Source: an uncultured Lentisphaeria bacterium (lineage in GTDB: Bacteria; Fidelibacterota; UBA8477). From it: a stretch of 58,265 nt of DNA. The position numbers were made by a program, and so were the translations under genes. Positions 58,076 to 58,265 of this stretch are shown here, one piece after another. Where the stretch lies: contig CAZIWX010000001.1 of the NCBI GenBank assembly GCA_964543125.1, positions 1 to 58,265 on the forward strand, given 5' to 3'. Position 1 is the first letter of the stretch, and every line of letters begins with the position of its first letter. The notes beneath the pieces are model-generated. The model was not told the DNA's origin and ran no database searches. It saw only the letters and a list, made by a program, of their open reading frames with translations.

Positions 58076-58265
58076 AAGCGTGAAGATAACCTAGGCAATA
58101 AATCCGTGAAAGCGGAAAGCCAGCGGAAATACCCCGTTTTTAGTCAATAACAGGCTCCGCCACTTGTAAGAGCTCGCAAGCCTTTGCTCACCAATGTTTT
58201 AGACAACTTCTCCACCAAGAGAGAATGAAAGAGGGGTGGCAATGTCCTGGATTCTGAAGCTGAAG

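Overview
58.3-kb chromosomal window, coded almost entirely on the minus strand. It uses the standard bacterial code, and several genes have GGAGG/AAGGA-type ribosome-binding sites. All family calls come from motifs read by eye in the supplied translations; no search was run.

The host appears to use type IX secretion: four proteins end in Por/T9SS-type C-terminal sorting domains. Its central metabolism looks anaerobe-like (pyruvate:ferredoxin oxidoreductase, MaeB malic enzyme).

Housekeeping blocks:
- maeB, an aminotransferase and a transketolase (1.4-7.7 kb)
- PFOR plus a DHOD-like gene (22.8-27.4 kb)
- aspS
- one tightly packed string parA-parB-M23 peptidase-bactofilin-atpZ-atpI-atpBEFHAGDC (38.0-48.1 kb)
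- secDF, a 2-hydroxyacid dehydrogenase and a UPF0210 gene (52.8-58.1 kb)

Accessory-looking block (about 10.9-22.6 kb): it begins at a truncated IS4-like transposase remnant. It holds a redox operon, tandem FG-GAP/T9SS genes (one dead), a ferritin-like pair and a TonB-dependent receptor with its DUF4249 partner.

Most notable observations:
1. The 75-aa 'DsrE' ORF of the track ends at a TGA that most likely encodes selenocysteine. The frame continues 39 codons with family-typical sequence. The TGA is the first position of a U-x-x-C motif, and a SECIS-like hairpin follows it.
2. That gene sits in an operon with an ArsR-rhodanese regulator, a membrane protein, a dihaem cytochrome c with a Met-rich tail, OsmC and a SHOCT protein.
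3. A lone EutN/CcmL vertex-protein gene is followed by an ACT-domain gene. Its N-terminal extension resembles a microcompartment encapsulation peptide.
4. An uncharacterised three-gene envelope operon encodes a Tyr/Gly-rich lipoprotein, a beta-barrel and a T9SS cargo.
5. The first 1.1 kb is gene-poor and contains a MITE-like element.

No rRNA, tRNA or CRISPR array was recognised.
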